Position numbers and translations under genes: made by a program. This document shows positions 10,005 through 19,376 of a DNA stretch of 64,000 nt, in pieces. The number at the start of each line of letters is the position of its first letter. Position 1 is the stretch's first letter. Source of the DNA: an uncultured delta proteobacterium (GTDB lineage: Bacteria > Desulfobacterota > Desulfobacteria > Desulfobacterales > JAHEIW01); assembly GCA_963706575.1 (NCBI GenBank), contig CAVPNL010000003.1, forward strand, positions 320,001-384,000, given 5' to 3'. Under the pieces are notes generated by a model. The model searched no databases. It saw only the letters and a list, made by a program, of their open reading frames with translations, and had not been told where the DNA came from.

Positions 10005-10483
10005 TAAATGAGCTAAAATTTAAAATGCCTAAAATGATCTAAAATTAAGGAAATATTTTATAGCGAGTATAAATGATTTACTTGCTTCCAATTGATGTAA
10101 AAAGAGCAAGTAGTTCGCTGCATTCATCATAATCGGCCTTTATTTCTTTCCATTTTAACCATTTTACTTCTGTAATTACTTCTAACCAGAATTGAGTTTC
10201 ACTTGACTCGCTTTCACATATTTTTATTTTATTTCTAAAATCCGCTTTGCTTCTTGCTCGATTGGCTTCGCGGTAATTAGCGCCAACTGAAGTTCCGGCT
10301 TTTGTAAGTTGATTTCTAACAACTCTTCCTTCTGGAGTATTGGGTAATTTGGCTGATATCTTAATTATTCTAACAGCAAATTGTCGGGTTCGTTTTTCAA
10401 GGTCTTTGGCAAATTTCTTACGACTCATGGGTTTTCTCTTAATTTTTAGGCATTTTAGCTCATTTTAGTTCATTTTAGGCATT
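10005..10483. repeat. inverted tandem-array cassette B, enclosing the intact four-helix-bundle gene
   Basis: Left array 10005-10047 is 41/43 identical to 8854-8896; inverted right array at 10441-10483. Confidence 0.9.
10078..10428 (-). CDS. four helix bundle protein (23S rRNA intervening-sequence protein / Avd-like)
   Basis: LEKRTRQFAVRI, QLTKAGTSVGANYREA, RSKADF and ESSETQFWL motifs; 116 aa. Confidence 0.9.
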   Translation of the reverse strand: MSRKKFAKDLEKRTRQFAVRIIKISAKLPNTPEGRVVRNQLTKAGTSVGANYREANRARSKADFRNKIKICESESSETQFWLEVITEVKWLKWKEIKADYDECSELLALFTSIGSK

Positions 10484-11864
10484 CTCTAATTATAAAACTT
10501 GTCTCCTCTTCAGACGAAAGATACTGTGAAACCATCTCCGAGCAGAGGTTTTCGGAATTCAACATGGCAAAACCCACACCGCGTCTTTGCAAAACTTTTT
10601 GGGTTTCCTGTATCCGCCGCCATACCATGTGCCCGCCCAGATCGTTGTAAATATCATTAACCGAAGAAACGGATTCAGAGGCAAAAAGCGGTTTCACGAC
10701 CGTGGGCTTGATCATGTTGACCAGCACCACATGGTTTCTTGAAATTAGATCGATGTGCCGTGTAAAACTATCCGCCAGAACCGGATCATCTAAATGGGTC
10801 AAGAAAACCAGCAAGGCCCGTCGACGGATCTTGGTACCGATAAATGTGAACAATTCAGCAAAATCTGGAGAAACCCGGTGCGGTTGCAAGGTGTAAAGCG
10901 CATCCCGGCAAACATCGAAATGCGCTTTGCCCATTTTGGCTTTTAAAAATGCACGTATCTTGTCGTCAAAGGTCAGCAAACCAAACAAATCCCCCTGCCT
11001 TTCCGCGGCCAGCGCCATGATCAGGGCAGCCGTAATAAATCGCTGCAGCACCGTGGTGAATTCGTCAGCATGCTTTTGTTCTTCCTCCCCATGGCTCGAC
11101 AGAGAGTTGCCCTCAGAAGATCTGGCGCTTAATCGCGAGGCATCGATGATGACATAGATTTGCTGGGTCCTCTCGATCTGATAAACTTTTGTAATCGGCA
11201 AGCCTCGCTTGGCGGTCGTCTTCCAGTGAATATCTTCAAAACTGTCACCGGGAAGGTATTCGCGGAGCTGCTCAAAATCCCGCCCTTTACCGATTTGCCG
11301 CTGGGCGTGAATCCCCAGTCCCCTGTTTAAAAAAAGCGCACTTAGATTTTTGCGCTCCTCAAAAAGATTGGGATAAACCCGAATCTCCATGTTAATCCGA
11401 AGCGCCGTGCGGACAGACCAGAATCCCCATAATGATGCGGTCTCCAGATAGCACCAATCAATCGGGTAACGTCCCTGTTTCAGGCCCTTGAGCAACCAGA
11501 CGATAGATGACAACGGATTATCTTCCGGCAGCTCGACGCTGAGCTCCACTGCCGGTGAATAAATTTCTTGCGGGAATGCCAAACCCAATCGAATGCGTTT
11601 GACCGCCCGTTTCTCGTTTTCAATCTGCAGATCAAAATGGCCCTGCCTGCCCTTTGAAATCCGAACAACCTCCGGCAGCATGACGCGTATACCCGCCAGC
11701 CGTCCCCGTGAACGATGAGCATCCATGATCACAACAGCCAGGATAGCCGCCGCCACAACGATGGTGGGCACAACCACAGCGTCAACCACCACCAGCAGCA
11801 GCGTAGCTGGCAGAAGGATCAGCCCTGCAAAAAAAAGAAGGCGGTATGTCGGCACCAATTTCAC
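10470..11864 (-). CDS. DUF58 (vWA-like) protein; C-terminus possibly frameshifted
   Basis: GRDFEQLREYLPGD, IHWKTTAK and IIDASRLS motifs; adjacent to MoxR. Confidence 0.85.
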   Translation of the reverse strand: MKLVPTYRLLFFAGLILLPATLLLVVVDAVVVPTIVVAAAILAVVIMDAHRSRGRLAGIRVMLPEVVRISKGRQGHFDLQIENEKRAVKRIRLGLAFPQEIYSPAVELSVELPEDNPLSSIVWLLKGLKQGRYPIDWCYLETASLWGFWSVRTALRINMEIRVYPNLFEERKNLSALFLNRGLGIHAQRQIGKGRDFEQLREYLPGDSFEDIHWKTTAKRGLPITKVYQIERTQQIYVIIDASRLSARSSEGNSLSSHGEEEQKHADEFTTVLQRFITAALIMALAAERQGDLFGLLTFDDKIRAFLKAKMGKAHFDVCRDALYTLQPHRVSPDFAELFTFIGTKIRRRALLVFLTHLDDPVLADSFTRHIDLISRNHVVLVNMIKPTVVKPLFASESVSSVNDIYNDLGGHMVWRRIQETQKVLQRRGVGFAMLNSENLCSEMVSQYLSSEEETSFIIRECLK

Positions 11865-11936
11865 TATTCGGTCACCTGACCTGTTTCAGTTTAACAGCTT
11901 TAATTCAGTGCAATAATCCAAGTCTTCGTAGGCAAC

Positions 11937-12046
11937 AAATGCCTAAAGTGAACTAAAATGAGCTAAAATGCCTAAAATTAAATAACGACTGAAATCCTTC
12001 CAAAATTTTAGGCACTTTAGGCATTTTAGTCATTTTAGGCACTTTT
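11937..12046. repeat. inverted tandem-array cassette C (empty, opposite orientation)
   Basis: Left array 11937-11980 is nearly the reverse complement of cassette B's right array; ~23 bp spacer; inverted array at 12004-12046. Confidence 0.88.
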
Positions 12047-12068
12047 TGAATATTGTAAAAAACTATCA

Positions 12069-13034
12069 TTAACGTGGGACGGCAATTTCCTTTAGAATAG
12101 ATTCAATGACCTCCCTGACCGTCAGTCCCTCGATTTCATATTCGGGCCGCAGAATCAGTCGATGTTCCAGCACCGGATAAGCCATTGTTTTGATATCATC
12201 GGGGGTAACAAAGTCCCGCCCGCTAATAGTTGCAAACGCCCGGCTGGAAAGCAGCAACGCCTGGGTGGCCCGCGGCCCGGCGCCGACCATAACGCTTTGA
12301 TGGTTACGGGTTTTACGTACGATGTCCACCACGTAAGCGACCAGGTCTTCCTTGACGAGAATCCCTTCCAGGGCCGTGCGCAGTTTGGGTAAGACCTCCG
12401 GTTTGATGATCTGCTGAACCGCACCACTGGCCAGCGTATCCTCAGGCGTGTCTTTACCCAGCATTCGTCGCGCGAGCGTGAGTTCCTCATCTTCGCCGGG
12501 AAGATCCATATTAATTTTAAGCATAAACCGATCTTTCTGGGCTTCGGGCAGCGGATAGGTGCCCTCATATTCGATCGGGTTTTGGGTGGCAAACACTGTA
12601 AAATTCGCGGGCAGCGGATGCGTCTCGCGGTCGATGGTGACCGTGCGTTCCTGCATGGCCTGCAATAGTGCCGATTGCGTTTTGGCCGGTGCCCGGTTGA
12701 TTTCATCCGCCAGCAAAAAGGAGCAAAAAACCGGGCCCTTTACCAGCGAAAATTCACTGGTCTGCAGGTTAAAGACATGCGTTCCGGTGATATCGGTCGG
12801 CATCAAATCCGGCGTAAATTGAATACGCGCGAAATCACATTGCATCACGTGCGCCAGGGTCCGCACCAGCAGGGTTTTCGCTATTCCGGGCACGCCTTCG
12901 ATGAGCGCATGCGTGCCGGTAAAAATCGCAATCAACGCCTGATCGACCACATGCTCGTAACCGATGATCACCTTGGCGACTTCCTGTTTCGTTTTTAAAA
13001 GGACCTTTTTTAAAATTTCCGTATTTTCATTCAT
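12069..13034 (-). CDS. MoxR family AAA+ ATPase
   Basis: EGVPGIAKT, RIQFTPDLMP, DEINRAPAKTQSALL and ATQNPIEYEGTYPLPEAQ motifs. Confidence 0.95.
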   Translation of the reverse strand: MNENTEILKKVLLKTKQEVAKVIIGYEHVVDQALIAIFTGTHALIEGVPGIAKTLLVRTLAHVMQCDFARIQFTPDLMPTDITGTHVFNLQTSEFSLVKGPVFCSFLLADEINRAPAKTQSALLQAMQERTVTIDRETHPLPANFTVFATQNPIEYEGTYPLPEAQKDRFMLKINMDLPGEDEELTLARRMLGKDTPEDTLASGAVQQIIKPEVLPKLRTALEGILVKEDLVAYVVDIVRKTRNHQSVMVGAGPRATQALLLSSRAFATISGRDFVTPDDIKTMAYPVLEHRLILRPEYEIEGLTVREVIESILKEIAVPR

Positions 13035-14373
13035 CGTATCTTCCCTTTGAAATTATTTTACTGATCCGTCGATAACCGCTGACCGGATCAATGAATTTGG
13101 GGCTGCGTTCTGTTATCATTTTAAAGGCTGATTTTATTTTCGCCAGCTGATCGTTGCGAAACCGCTTTTCAGGTTGAATCGTGCGTTCCCATTCCCGTAT
13201 GCATGCCTGCAAAATGTGCCGGGTGGGGATATTACGGCGCAACAGGCTGATCAAACCCTGGGTGGAATCCCGATCCGAGATGAAATCTCCGTCCGGTTGT
13301 GCCTGGCTTCTCTTCGGCGGGGGCACAAAATAAACTGAATTCTTCCAGATGAACAAAAGCGCTAAAACTGCCACCGTAAATATAAACCAGTGAAAGCGGT
13401 ATTTTTTAATCAGGCTCAGTACCCCGGGGTGTTTGAAGATGCCGAAATGGGTTTCATCAAAGACGACGGTTGCGCTTTCACCGAGCGCCCAGGCTAAAAG
13501 TTCCGGATGGCGATCAGATCGCAGCGCTTCATTACTCAGGAAAAACGAATCCGCCGAAAGCACCAGACTGCCGCTGCCATAATATTTTTCAACAATGACC
13601 GGCCGGCCATCTGCAGCATAAATCACCTGCCAGGTGTCATCAAGATCATCAAAATACAGCGCGGTATGCCAGGAGATCGCTTGGGGCAGGCCGTTTAGAT
13701 CGGACGCGGATAGACCATCACGGACATTAGCCGCTTTATCCGGCGGCTTTTCGGCAAACGCAAAAACCAGCCCCCATTTATCTTTTAAAGAAACACAGTC
13801 GCCCTGCTTTACAGATGTCACGGGGTCGGGCCCTTCCTCCAATTTTTTATCTTCTTTATTTGGCGCATTTGAAGCATTTTCAGTTGGGTACGGCTTTGAT
13901 CGATTTTGCTTATCGTTGGATGCATCTTTTTGTCGGGCATTATCTTTATCTTCGATTTCATTTTTGGGCGCCGCGCATTTTGACATTCGCCAGTTTGGCG
14001 GTTTTTTCTCAACCGGCAGAAAAGACAAAACCAGGCGGCCGCCGGCATTTGTTAGTCGCTCAAATACCTTGAACCACTCTGCGGAAACGGAATCGGAATC
14101 AAATACGGATGTTCCGATATAAATAAAGGCAGTGTTTTCGTTAAATTCTAACGTTTGCACGGGATGGTAATTGCGACTGACCACAGCGTCATTAATATTT
14201 TCCAGACTGCTGTAGAATGCGCGGCTACCCAGCGGATCGCTGCGCAATGATGAATAGGCCGGATATACATCCCCGGCTTCAAAGCGCAGCAAAAATAACT
14301 TAAACACACCGAACATGAAGCCCGACACAATGACGAAGAAAATAATTATCCGTATGGCCTTAACGTTGAGCAA
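13027..14373 (-). CDS. DUF4350-like membrane-anchored protein
   Basis: N-terminal TM, YSSLRSDPLG, VVFDETHFG and C-terminal TM; overlaps both neighbours in the MoxR operon. Confidence 0.65.
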   Translation of the reverse strand: MLNVKAIRIIIFFVIVSGFMFGVFKLFLLRFEAGDVYPAYSSLRSDPLGSRAFYSSLENINDAVVSRNYHPVQTLEFNENTAFIYIGTSVFDSDSVSAEWFKVFERLTNAGGRLVLSFLPVEKKPPNWRMSKCAAPKNEIEDKDNARQKDASNDKQNRSKPYPTENASNAPNKEDKKLEEGPDPVTSVKQGDCVSLKDKWGLVFAFAEKPPDKAANVRDGLSASDLNGLPQAISWHTALYFDDLDDTWQVIYAADGRPVIVEKYYGSGSLVLSADSFFLSNEALRSDRHPELLAWALGESATVVFDETHFGIFKHPGVLSLIKKYRFHWFIFTVAVLALLFIWKNSVYFVPPPKRSQAQPDGDFISDRDSTQGLISLLRRNIPTRHILQACIREWERTIQPEKRFRNDQLAKIKSAFKMITERSPKFIDPVSGYRRISKIISKGRYDE

Positions 14374-16000
14374 GTATCATTACCTTTTTTTGAATGGCCT
14401 CAAAATCGTCCAGATCAGGGCGGCTGATTTTATACATGCCGTACCAGACACGCTCAAATATTTCCCTGCCTTTGGAAAAGGCCGGCAACAAGCCCTTTTT
14501 TTGATGGGCCCTGCGCTGCAGTTCCATTTCATAATCTTGATTGGATTTAAACTTTTCAATCGTGATCAATTCGTGTTCAGCCAGATCGGCGAGGGATGCC
14601 AGATAGAACGCCCGGATTGCGAGACGCAATGACCCCTTTTCGGCCAGTTGGCGCGCCAGATCCAACCAGCGGTTTGCGGGCAAATCGTCAGCGGTGGTAT
14701 CTTCGTCTTCCAGATCGGGTGTGGATTCAACCGCCACCGCTGCTATTTCTGTGTGGGCCGCCTGCCGGCGCACCCATGAACGCCATAGAATATATACCAG
14801 CGCACACAAAAGCCCGATAAGCAGGGCAATAACGGCAATCCGCACGGATGACACCCAGTTTGCATCCGGTGAGGCAGCACGCCGCTCACCGCCGGGCAGC
14901 AGGCCGATCAGCCAATCGATCAGTTTGTTAATCCAGCTTATGATGGTATTAAAAGCCTTTGCCATTTTATCAATAATCCACGCCACCACCGAGGCGATAG
15001 GCCCCTCTGGCTCTTTTTCATCCTCAGCGATTCTCTCTCTGGGCATGCGCCAGACAAATTCCCGCCGTTCCATCACTTCGTCAATAGAGCGATCCAGTGC
15101 TTCGGGCGAGGTGAAACCGGTTTGGGTCGCTGTTAACGGTATGGGGTTGACGGCCAATAATGCCACAACCAAGACACCGATGACGGCCGCGTTGCGATTA
15201 CGCAGCAGGCCTTTCAATTCTGTTTTCAGATCGTCACCTGACTTCAAGGCCGCACCATAAAAACACCGCAGAACATAAACGGTCTTGACCAGCGGATTCA
15301 TACACAAATAGGTCATGCCGATGGTTACCACCCAGAAGGTTGTGTTGATGACGTGAGTTCCGCTCAGGGTAAACATGGATTCGATACCCAAATAATTTTT
15401 CAATAGGTGGGGCAAGACATAAATTGCAGCGGCGATATTTATAAAAACCACGCTGCCAAACATAAAAAAAACCGACATCAAAATATGATTCTGCCGCGGC
15501 CACAGCTTGGCCTGAAACCACGCTTTTTTGCATAACGTTCTCAGATCGTGAAGTTCGGTCGGCGCCACGACCGTTGCATTTTGATAGAAGGCATAGCACC
15601 AGCCAAACGGAAGGAAGACCAGGGCCGCCAGTGGTAGAATGAAAAAAGCGGTTGCATGAATGATGGTCTGATTTGCGGCAAGCGACAGAACGCGCTGCAA
15701 GGTCCATCGCGGCATTGGTTCTCCGCTGATTTTCAACTTTACCCTTGCAGCGAACACGACATGCCAGCATTTCATCCATATATAAAGCAGCGCAAGACCC
15801 AGAGAGGCCACCGCATGGTAGCTCCTGGCATCGGCGCTGCGACTCATATCGGCCCAAAAATAAAACAGGCCCAGTAAAAACGGCAACGTTCCGATCAAGT
15901 AGCTGGAAAGCAAAAACAGGGGCGTCTTTCGTAGTAAATGCACCGCTTCTTCCAAAAGGAGGACCACACCCTTGCGGTGTTGTTTTGATCTGGGTTTCAT
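14360..16000 (-). CDS. multi-TM protein with C-terminal DUF4129-like domain
   Basis: ATG at 16000 overlaps the upstream stop (ATGA); RLAIRAFYLASL, KSNQDY and FERVWYG motifs. Confidence 0.7.
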   Translation of the reverse strand: MKPRSKQHRKGVVLLLEEAVHLLRKTPLFLLSSYLIGTLPFLLGLFYFWADMSRSADARSYHAVASLGLALLYIWMKCWHVVFAARVKLKISGEPMPRWTLQRVLSLAANQTIIHATAFFILPLAALVFLPFGWCYAFYQNATVVAPTELHDLRTLCKKAWFQAKLWPRQNHILMSVFFMFGSVVFINIAAAIYVLPHLLKNYLGIESMFTLSGTHVINTTFWVVTIGMTYLCMNPLVKTVYVLRCFYGAALKSGDDLKTELKGLLRNRNAAVIGVLVVALLAVNPIPLTATQTGFTSPEALDRSIDEVMERREFVWRMPRERIAEDEKEPEGPIASVVAWIIDKMAKAFNTIISWINKLIDWLIGLLPGGERRAASPDANWVSSVRIAVIALLIGLLCALVYILWRSWVRRQAAHTEIAAVAVESTPDLEDEDTTADDLPANRWLDLARQLAEKGSLRLAIRAFYLASLADLAEHELITIEKFKSNQDYEMELQRRAHQKKGLLPAFSKGREIFERVWYGMYKISRPDLDDFEAIQKKVMILAQR

Positions 16001-16323
16001 TGCGGCTTCCACCACCCCATTTCCCATAACGTTCCTTCGTGAAATGAGGAAGGAAGCGACAGCAGAATTTGCCCCAGATAATAGAAGAATACCCATAGAA
16101 ACATTGCACCCAGCAGAAAATGGATAACCTTGGCAAATCGGCCAAACCGGCTTAGGCTGGAAGCATCGGCATTGATTTTGTTGCCCAGGCAGGCAGCACA
16201 CAGGACTTTGTCCTCATGCTCGGTCACACATTCGCGACAAAAATAGCGATGGCACTCCGGACAGCGGGCAACCGCTTCCCGTAACATATGATTGAAGCAT
16301 CGCTGATGCAGCAGATCTTCCAT
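15997..16323 (-). CDS. B-box-like zinc finger membrane protein
   Basis: CFNH-x7-CPEC-x4-CREC...CAAC followed by one TM helix. Confidence 0.7.
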   Translation of the reverse strand: MEDLLHQRCFNHMLREAVARCPECHRYFCRECVTEHEDKVLCAACLGNKINADASSLSRFGRFAKVIHFLLGAMFLWVFFYYLGQILLSLPSSFHEGTLWEMGWWKPQ

Positions 16324-17381
16324 CAGGACATCCTTTTCTCAGCACCGGTATCGATCGACGTGGTCGGCAGAGCTGAAGGCTGGTGAATGGCTTGCTGAGG
16401 ATTTCTTAATAGGAAAAGCCCCAGGATCCCGATAAAAGCAGCGCCGCTGATCGCAATAATATTAACCGTCATTATTAGGGGACTTTCCCAGGGCGTGGTA
16501 CTGGAAAGCAGCTTGAACAATTCCCATTGGTTCCGCAAAATTTCCGGGTGCCTGAATGCAATACCCATGCTGACAACATAGCCGGCAATAAAAGAAAAAC
16601 AAACATACCCCAGCGCCGCCCAGGTTAAGGTGCGAACAGAGCGGTTCAAATTACTCTCGTGCTGCTTGACCAGGGCCACGACCACACAGATTCCCAGCAG
16701 CATCGTTGCTGCCGATCCCAGAAGCGTCAGGGCCACATGGGTGAGCATAAAGCTGGCCGCGACGATGAGACCATCGGCGACCAATAAAGCAAATAAAAAT
16801 AAATGCACCCGCCCGTGTTCATGCTTTTGTCCTTCCAGCCCGTGTCTCTCGGTACCGCCTGTAGATCTTTCGGTTCGCCGGGCGGATGAGGAAACCTGTT
16901 GTTGATCAAAGACGGCCGGATTGATTCGTCCCTGTCGCTGTTCGATGATCGATCTAAGCCGGTTCATCACAGGTTCAGTCGTTTTTAAGCGATGCAGCGG
17001 ATACAATTTTTCAGTCTGAACAGCCGTTAGCAGAACCGTTTCACAGGTGGGGCCTTTTAAAACGTTTATCAGCAAAATAAGCAGTATGGCCGCAGCGATT
17101 ACTGCGGGAAAAAGCCGCCAGCCGCCCCCGGAAGTAACCGCAAAAAAACAGAATAGGCCCAACAGGGCCCCGAGAATTATATTCGCAATTCTTCCCGACC
17201 CGGTTTTACGAGTGATGATGGCCTGAATATCATCGAAGTAATATCGCTTATAGTCCTCTACACCCAACCGCGAATAGATCTGAAGCAAATGGTCGGAACC
17301 TTGCCAGAGGGTATGATGTCCGATTAAAAAGCCCTTTTTTTTACCGGGCAATCTTCGGTATGCTTGTGTTTTGTTGGCCAT
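16323..17381 (-). CDS. hypothetical multi-TM protein
   Basis: 352 aa ORF with several hydrophobic segments, co-oriented in the operon. Confidence 0.65.
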   Translation of the reverse strand: MANKTQAYRRLPGKKKGFLIGHHTLWQGSDHLLQIYSRLGVEDYKRYYFDDIQAIITRKTGSGRIANIILGALLGLFCFFAVTSGGGWRLFPAVIAAAILLILLINVLKGPTCETVLLTAVQTEKLYPLHRLKTTEPVMNRLRSIIEQRQGRINPAVFDQQQVSSSARRTERSTGGTERHGLEGQKHEHGRVHLFLFALLVADGLIVAASFMLTHVALTLLGSAATMLLGICVVVALVKQHESNLNRSVRTLTWAALGYVCFSFIAGYVVSMGIAFRHPEILRNQWELFKLLSSTTPWESPLIMTVNIIAISGAAFIGILGLFLLRNPQQAIHQPSALPTTSIDTGAEKRMS

Positions 17382-17443
17382 TTTTAGCTGAAATTAAAGT
17401 TCCTCAACAGATTTTTTGTGCTTCTTAAGATTAACCCCTTTAA

Positions 17444-17522
17444 TAATCACGAAAACACGAAATTAAAAAAGCACGAGATTTTTTGTTTTTCGTGTTTTTA
17501 CCTTTTCGTGCTTTCGTGATTA
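17444..17522. repeat. CACGAA-unit inverted cassette, copy 1
   Basis: taatcacgaaaacacgaaa...tttcgtgctttcgtgatta; related copy at 27289-27351. Confidence 0.8.
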
Positions 17523-17565
17523 ATTCTTTTTCTGCTGCTCAAGTTTAAGCAACTGTGTTTGGCCC

Positions 17566-18129
17566 CTATGTCGCCATCAGGCTGCCAAAAAACAGAATCC
17601 ACGCGGCAATTTGTAAACAGGCAATCGTAAAAGCCAGGACAAATCGGATTTTAGTCCGTGGAATGATACTGCCGGGAGCACCCCAGTATCGGATGACCAT
17701 AAAGAGAACGACGGGCGCTGTAATAAGGGTAAACCATACAAATATCATTGAAATCAGCGCGATATACAAAGCTACTTTGTCATAGCATACACGATGGTTT
17801 TCCAGATTTTTTATCTTGTGTTTGGTTTTCCCCGTTTCCAGACAGACCGGACAAAGATGCCGGTCGTTGAATTCAACGTCGCACAGCGCACATAAAAACC
17901 GACCACAGGACGAACAGGCGACGGCCGCCTTTTTCCCAGGGTGATAAAAGCAACCGGCTTCTTTCTCAGCCTGCAGTGGATCTCCGGTTTGGCCGGAGGG
18001 CAGTTTACGAAAAATAGCCGGATAAACATCCGCGCGTGTCAGTTCCTTACATGTCGGACACGGGATCAGCGCAAAGGTGTTGATCGTCTCAGTGTTGAAC
18101 GGTATTTTGCACTGGGTGCACGAAAGCAA
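17566..18129 (-). CDS. zinc-ribbon plus B-box-like membrane protein
   Basis: CTQC..CPTC and CFYH..CSSC..CALC..CPVC motifs, then TM helices. Confidence 0.7.
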   Translation of the reverse strand: MLSCTQCKIPFNTETINTFALIPCPTCKELTRADVYPAIFRKLPSGQTGDPLQAEKEAGCFYHPGKKAAVACSSCGRFLCALCDVEFNDRHLCPVCLETGKTKHKIKNLENHRVCYDKVALYIALISMIFVWFTLITAPVVLFMVIRYWGAPGSIIPRTKIRFVLAFTIACLQIAAWILFFGSLMAT

Positions 18130-18199
18130 AACTTGGCTCCTTATGATTTATTTTTAACGGCCACACCGCCCCAACCGGCCGGATATGTCTATGAAATTT

Positions 18200-18333
18200 T
18201 ACTGGAGAGACGGAGTACTTAAGATTTCGGAATGCAGATTGCGGATTTCGTATTTCGAATGTGCGATAGGTTTGATATTTAAATCTAAAATCCGCAATCT
18301 AAAATCCGCAATTAATTTTGCTCCATTACTCCA
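18200..18333. repeat. nested inverted tandem-array cassettes
   Basis: Inner GATTTCG/GATTGCG heptamers inverted against AATCCGC/AATCTAA (18223-18313); outer tggagagacggagta...tgctccattactcca. Confidence 0.65.
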
Positions 18334-18347
18334 TGGAAAATTCAGAA

Positions 18348-19115
18348 TTAAATTTCTCCTGATTTTATCACCCGGGTATCACAGATTCGGTCATGCAGCG
18401 TGCGTTTTTGCTCGTCGAACCCGGCCATGATGTAACCAATACCCAGAATCAACCCGCTGATGTATTTTGCAAAATGCCGACCGATTGCCCTCGCAAAGCT
18501 GACCTTATCGCCTTCTGACATGACTACTTTTAATTTACAGGCCATTTTTCCCGGAGTGGCTGCATATTTGCCCACAAACCAGGATTCATAGATAGCGGGT
18601 ATGATAAAATTAAGAATCGCGGAGATCAGTTGAATAATGGCAAATGCAGCGGGCTCATCAAAGGAGGAGACCCCCATAAAGGTAAGCGGGACATAAATAA
18701 TGGCGCTGGCGATTGCCATGATAATATAGTCAATAAACCAGGCGCCCACACGGATCCAAAAACCGGCATATTCCATCTCACCGGCAAGCGTAACGCCTTC
18801 TTTGATTTTTTGAACAAAAAGCGGTTTACAGCTCGCGCACACCCACGCTTCGGCGAACCGAATCATATCATCTTCAGCAAAAGCCTGGCCGCATTCAGAG
18901 CATAAGGATTGCTTCACCGGCGAGGCCGCCTGTACCGCTTGGGAGCTCCCTTGGGTTTTGCGCCGCACAAAAAGGCCCAATTCTTCCCACCCTTGCATGC
19001 CGGGTTGCCACACGAGCGTCTGGGAATCAATTTTGCGGTTTTTTATCAGTGACTGCAGCTCGGTTTTGTCTATGGGACCGACCTGTCGGTCCCCATCGGC
19101 ATAATATAAATTCAT
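18348..19115 (-). CDS. GYF_2 (DUF4339) plus RDD domain protein
   Basis: QVGPI...TLVWQPGMQGW, a CSEC/CASC pair, YAGFWIRVGAWFID and LHDRICDTRV. Confidence 0.85.
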   Translation of the reverse strand: MNLYYADGDRQVGPIDKTELQSLIKNRKIDSQTLVWQPGMQGWEELGLFVRRKTQGSSQAVQAASPVKQSLCSECGQAFAEDDMIRFAEAWVCASCKPLFVQKIKEGVTLAGEMEYAGFWIRVGAWFIDYIIMAIASAIIYVPLTFMGVSSFDEPAAFAIIQLISAILNFIIPAIYESWFVGKYAATPGKMACKLKVVMSEGDKVSFARAIGRHFAKYISGLILGIGYIMAGFDEQKRTLHDRICDTRVIKSGEI

Positions 19116-19207
19116 TTTTATTCGATCCGGTTTCCAGGTTGCGAACCTAACTCTAATGTATTGATATATGAGTCTATATCGGTTGCAGCCGCGAAAAACT
19201 TAAGCCC

Positions 19208-19247
19208 TAACGTCCTGATTGAGCAAAAAGGCTCAATCAGGACGTTA
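19208..19247. terminator. perfect 17 bp stem hairpin downstream of the ABC operon
   Basis: taacgtcctgattgagc-aaaaag-gctcaatcaggacgtta; no strong U-tract. Confidence 0.55.
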
Positions 19248-19376
19248 ATAATTATCAGAACAAATTTTGATTCCCACTATGACTAATAACGGATAGCAAA
19301 TAACGAATAACCAAGGGCTATTTTAGCATAAATCCGATTATTCGGCTTCATTTTTCGGGAAACGCAGGATGTGGCC

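Noticed and set aside
10078..10428. Diversity-generating retroelement (Avd-like gene plus a diverged repeat)
   Set aside because: There is no reverse transcriptase in the window. The six differences between remnant and gene include two C/G changes, and the remnant is not in the 3' end of a target gene.
8854..12046. CRISPR array
   Set aside because: The units are 9-11 nt, tandem and without unique spacers, and no cas genes are present.
15234..16145. 303 aa overlapping ORF, and the extension of the DUF4129-like ORF to 16201
   Set aside because: These are alternative frames over better-supported genes; the ATGA coupling at 15997-16000 defines the real boundary.
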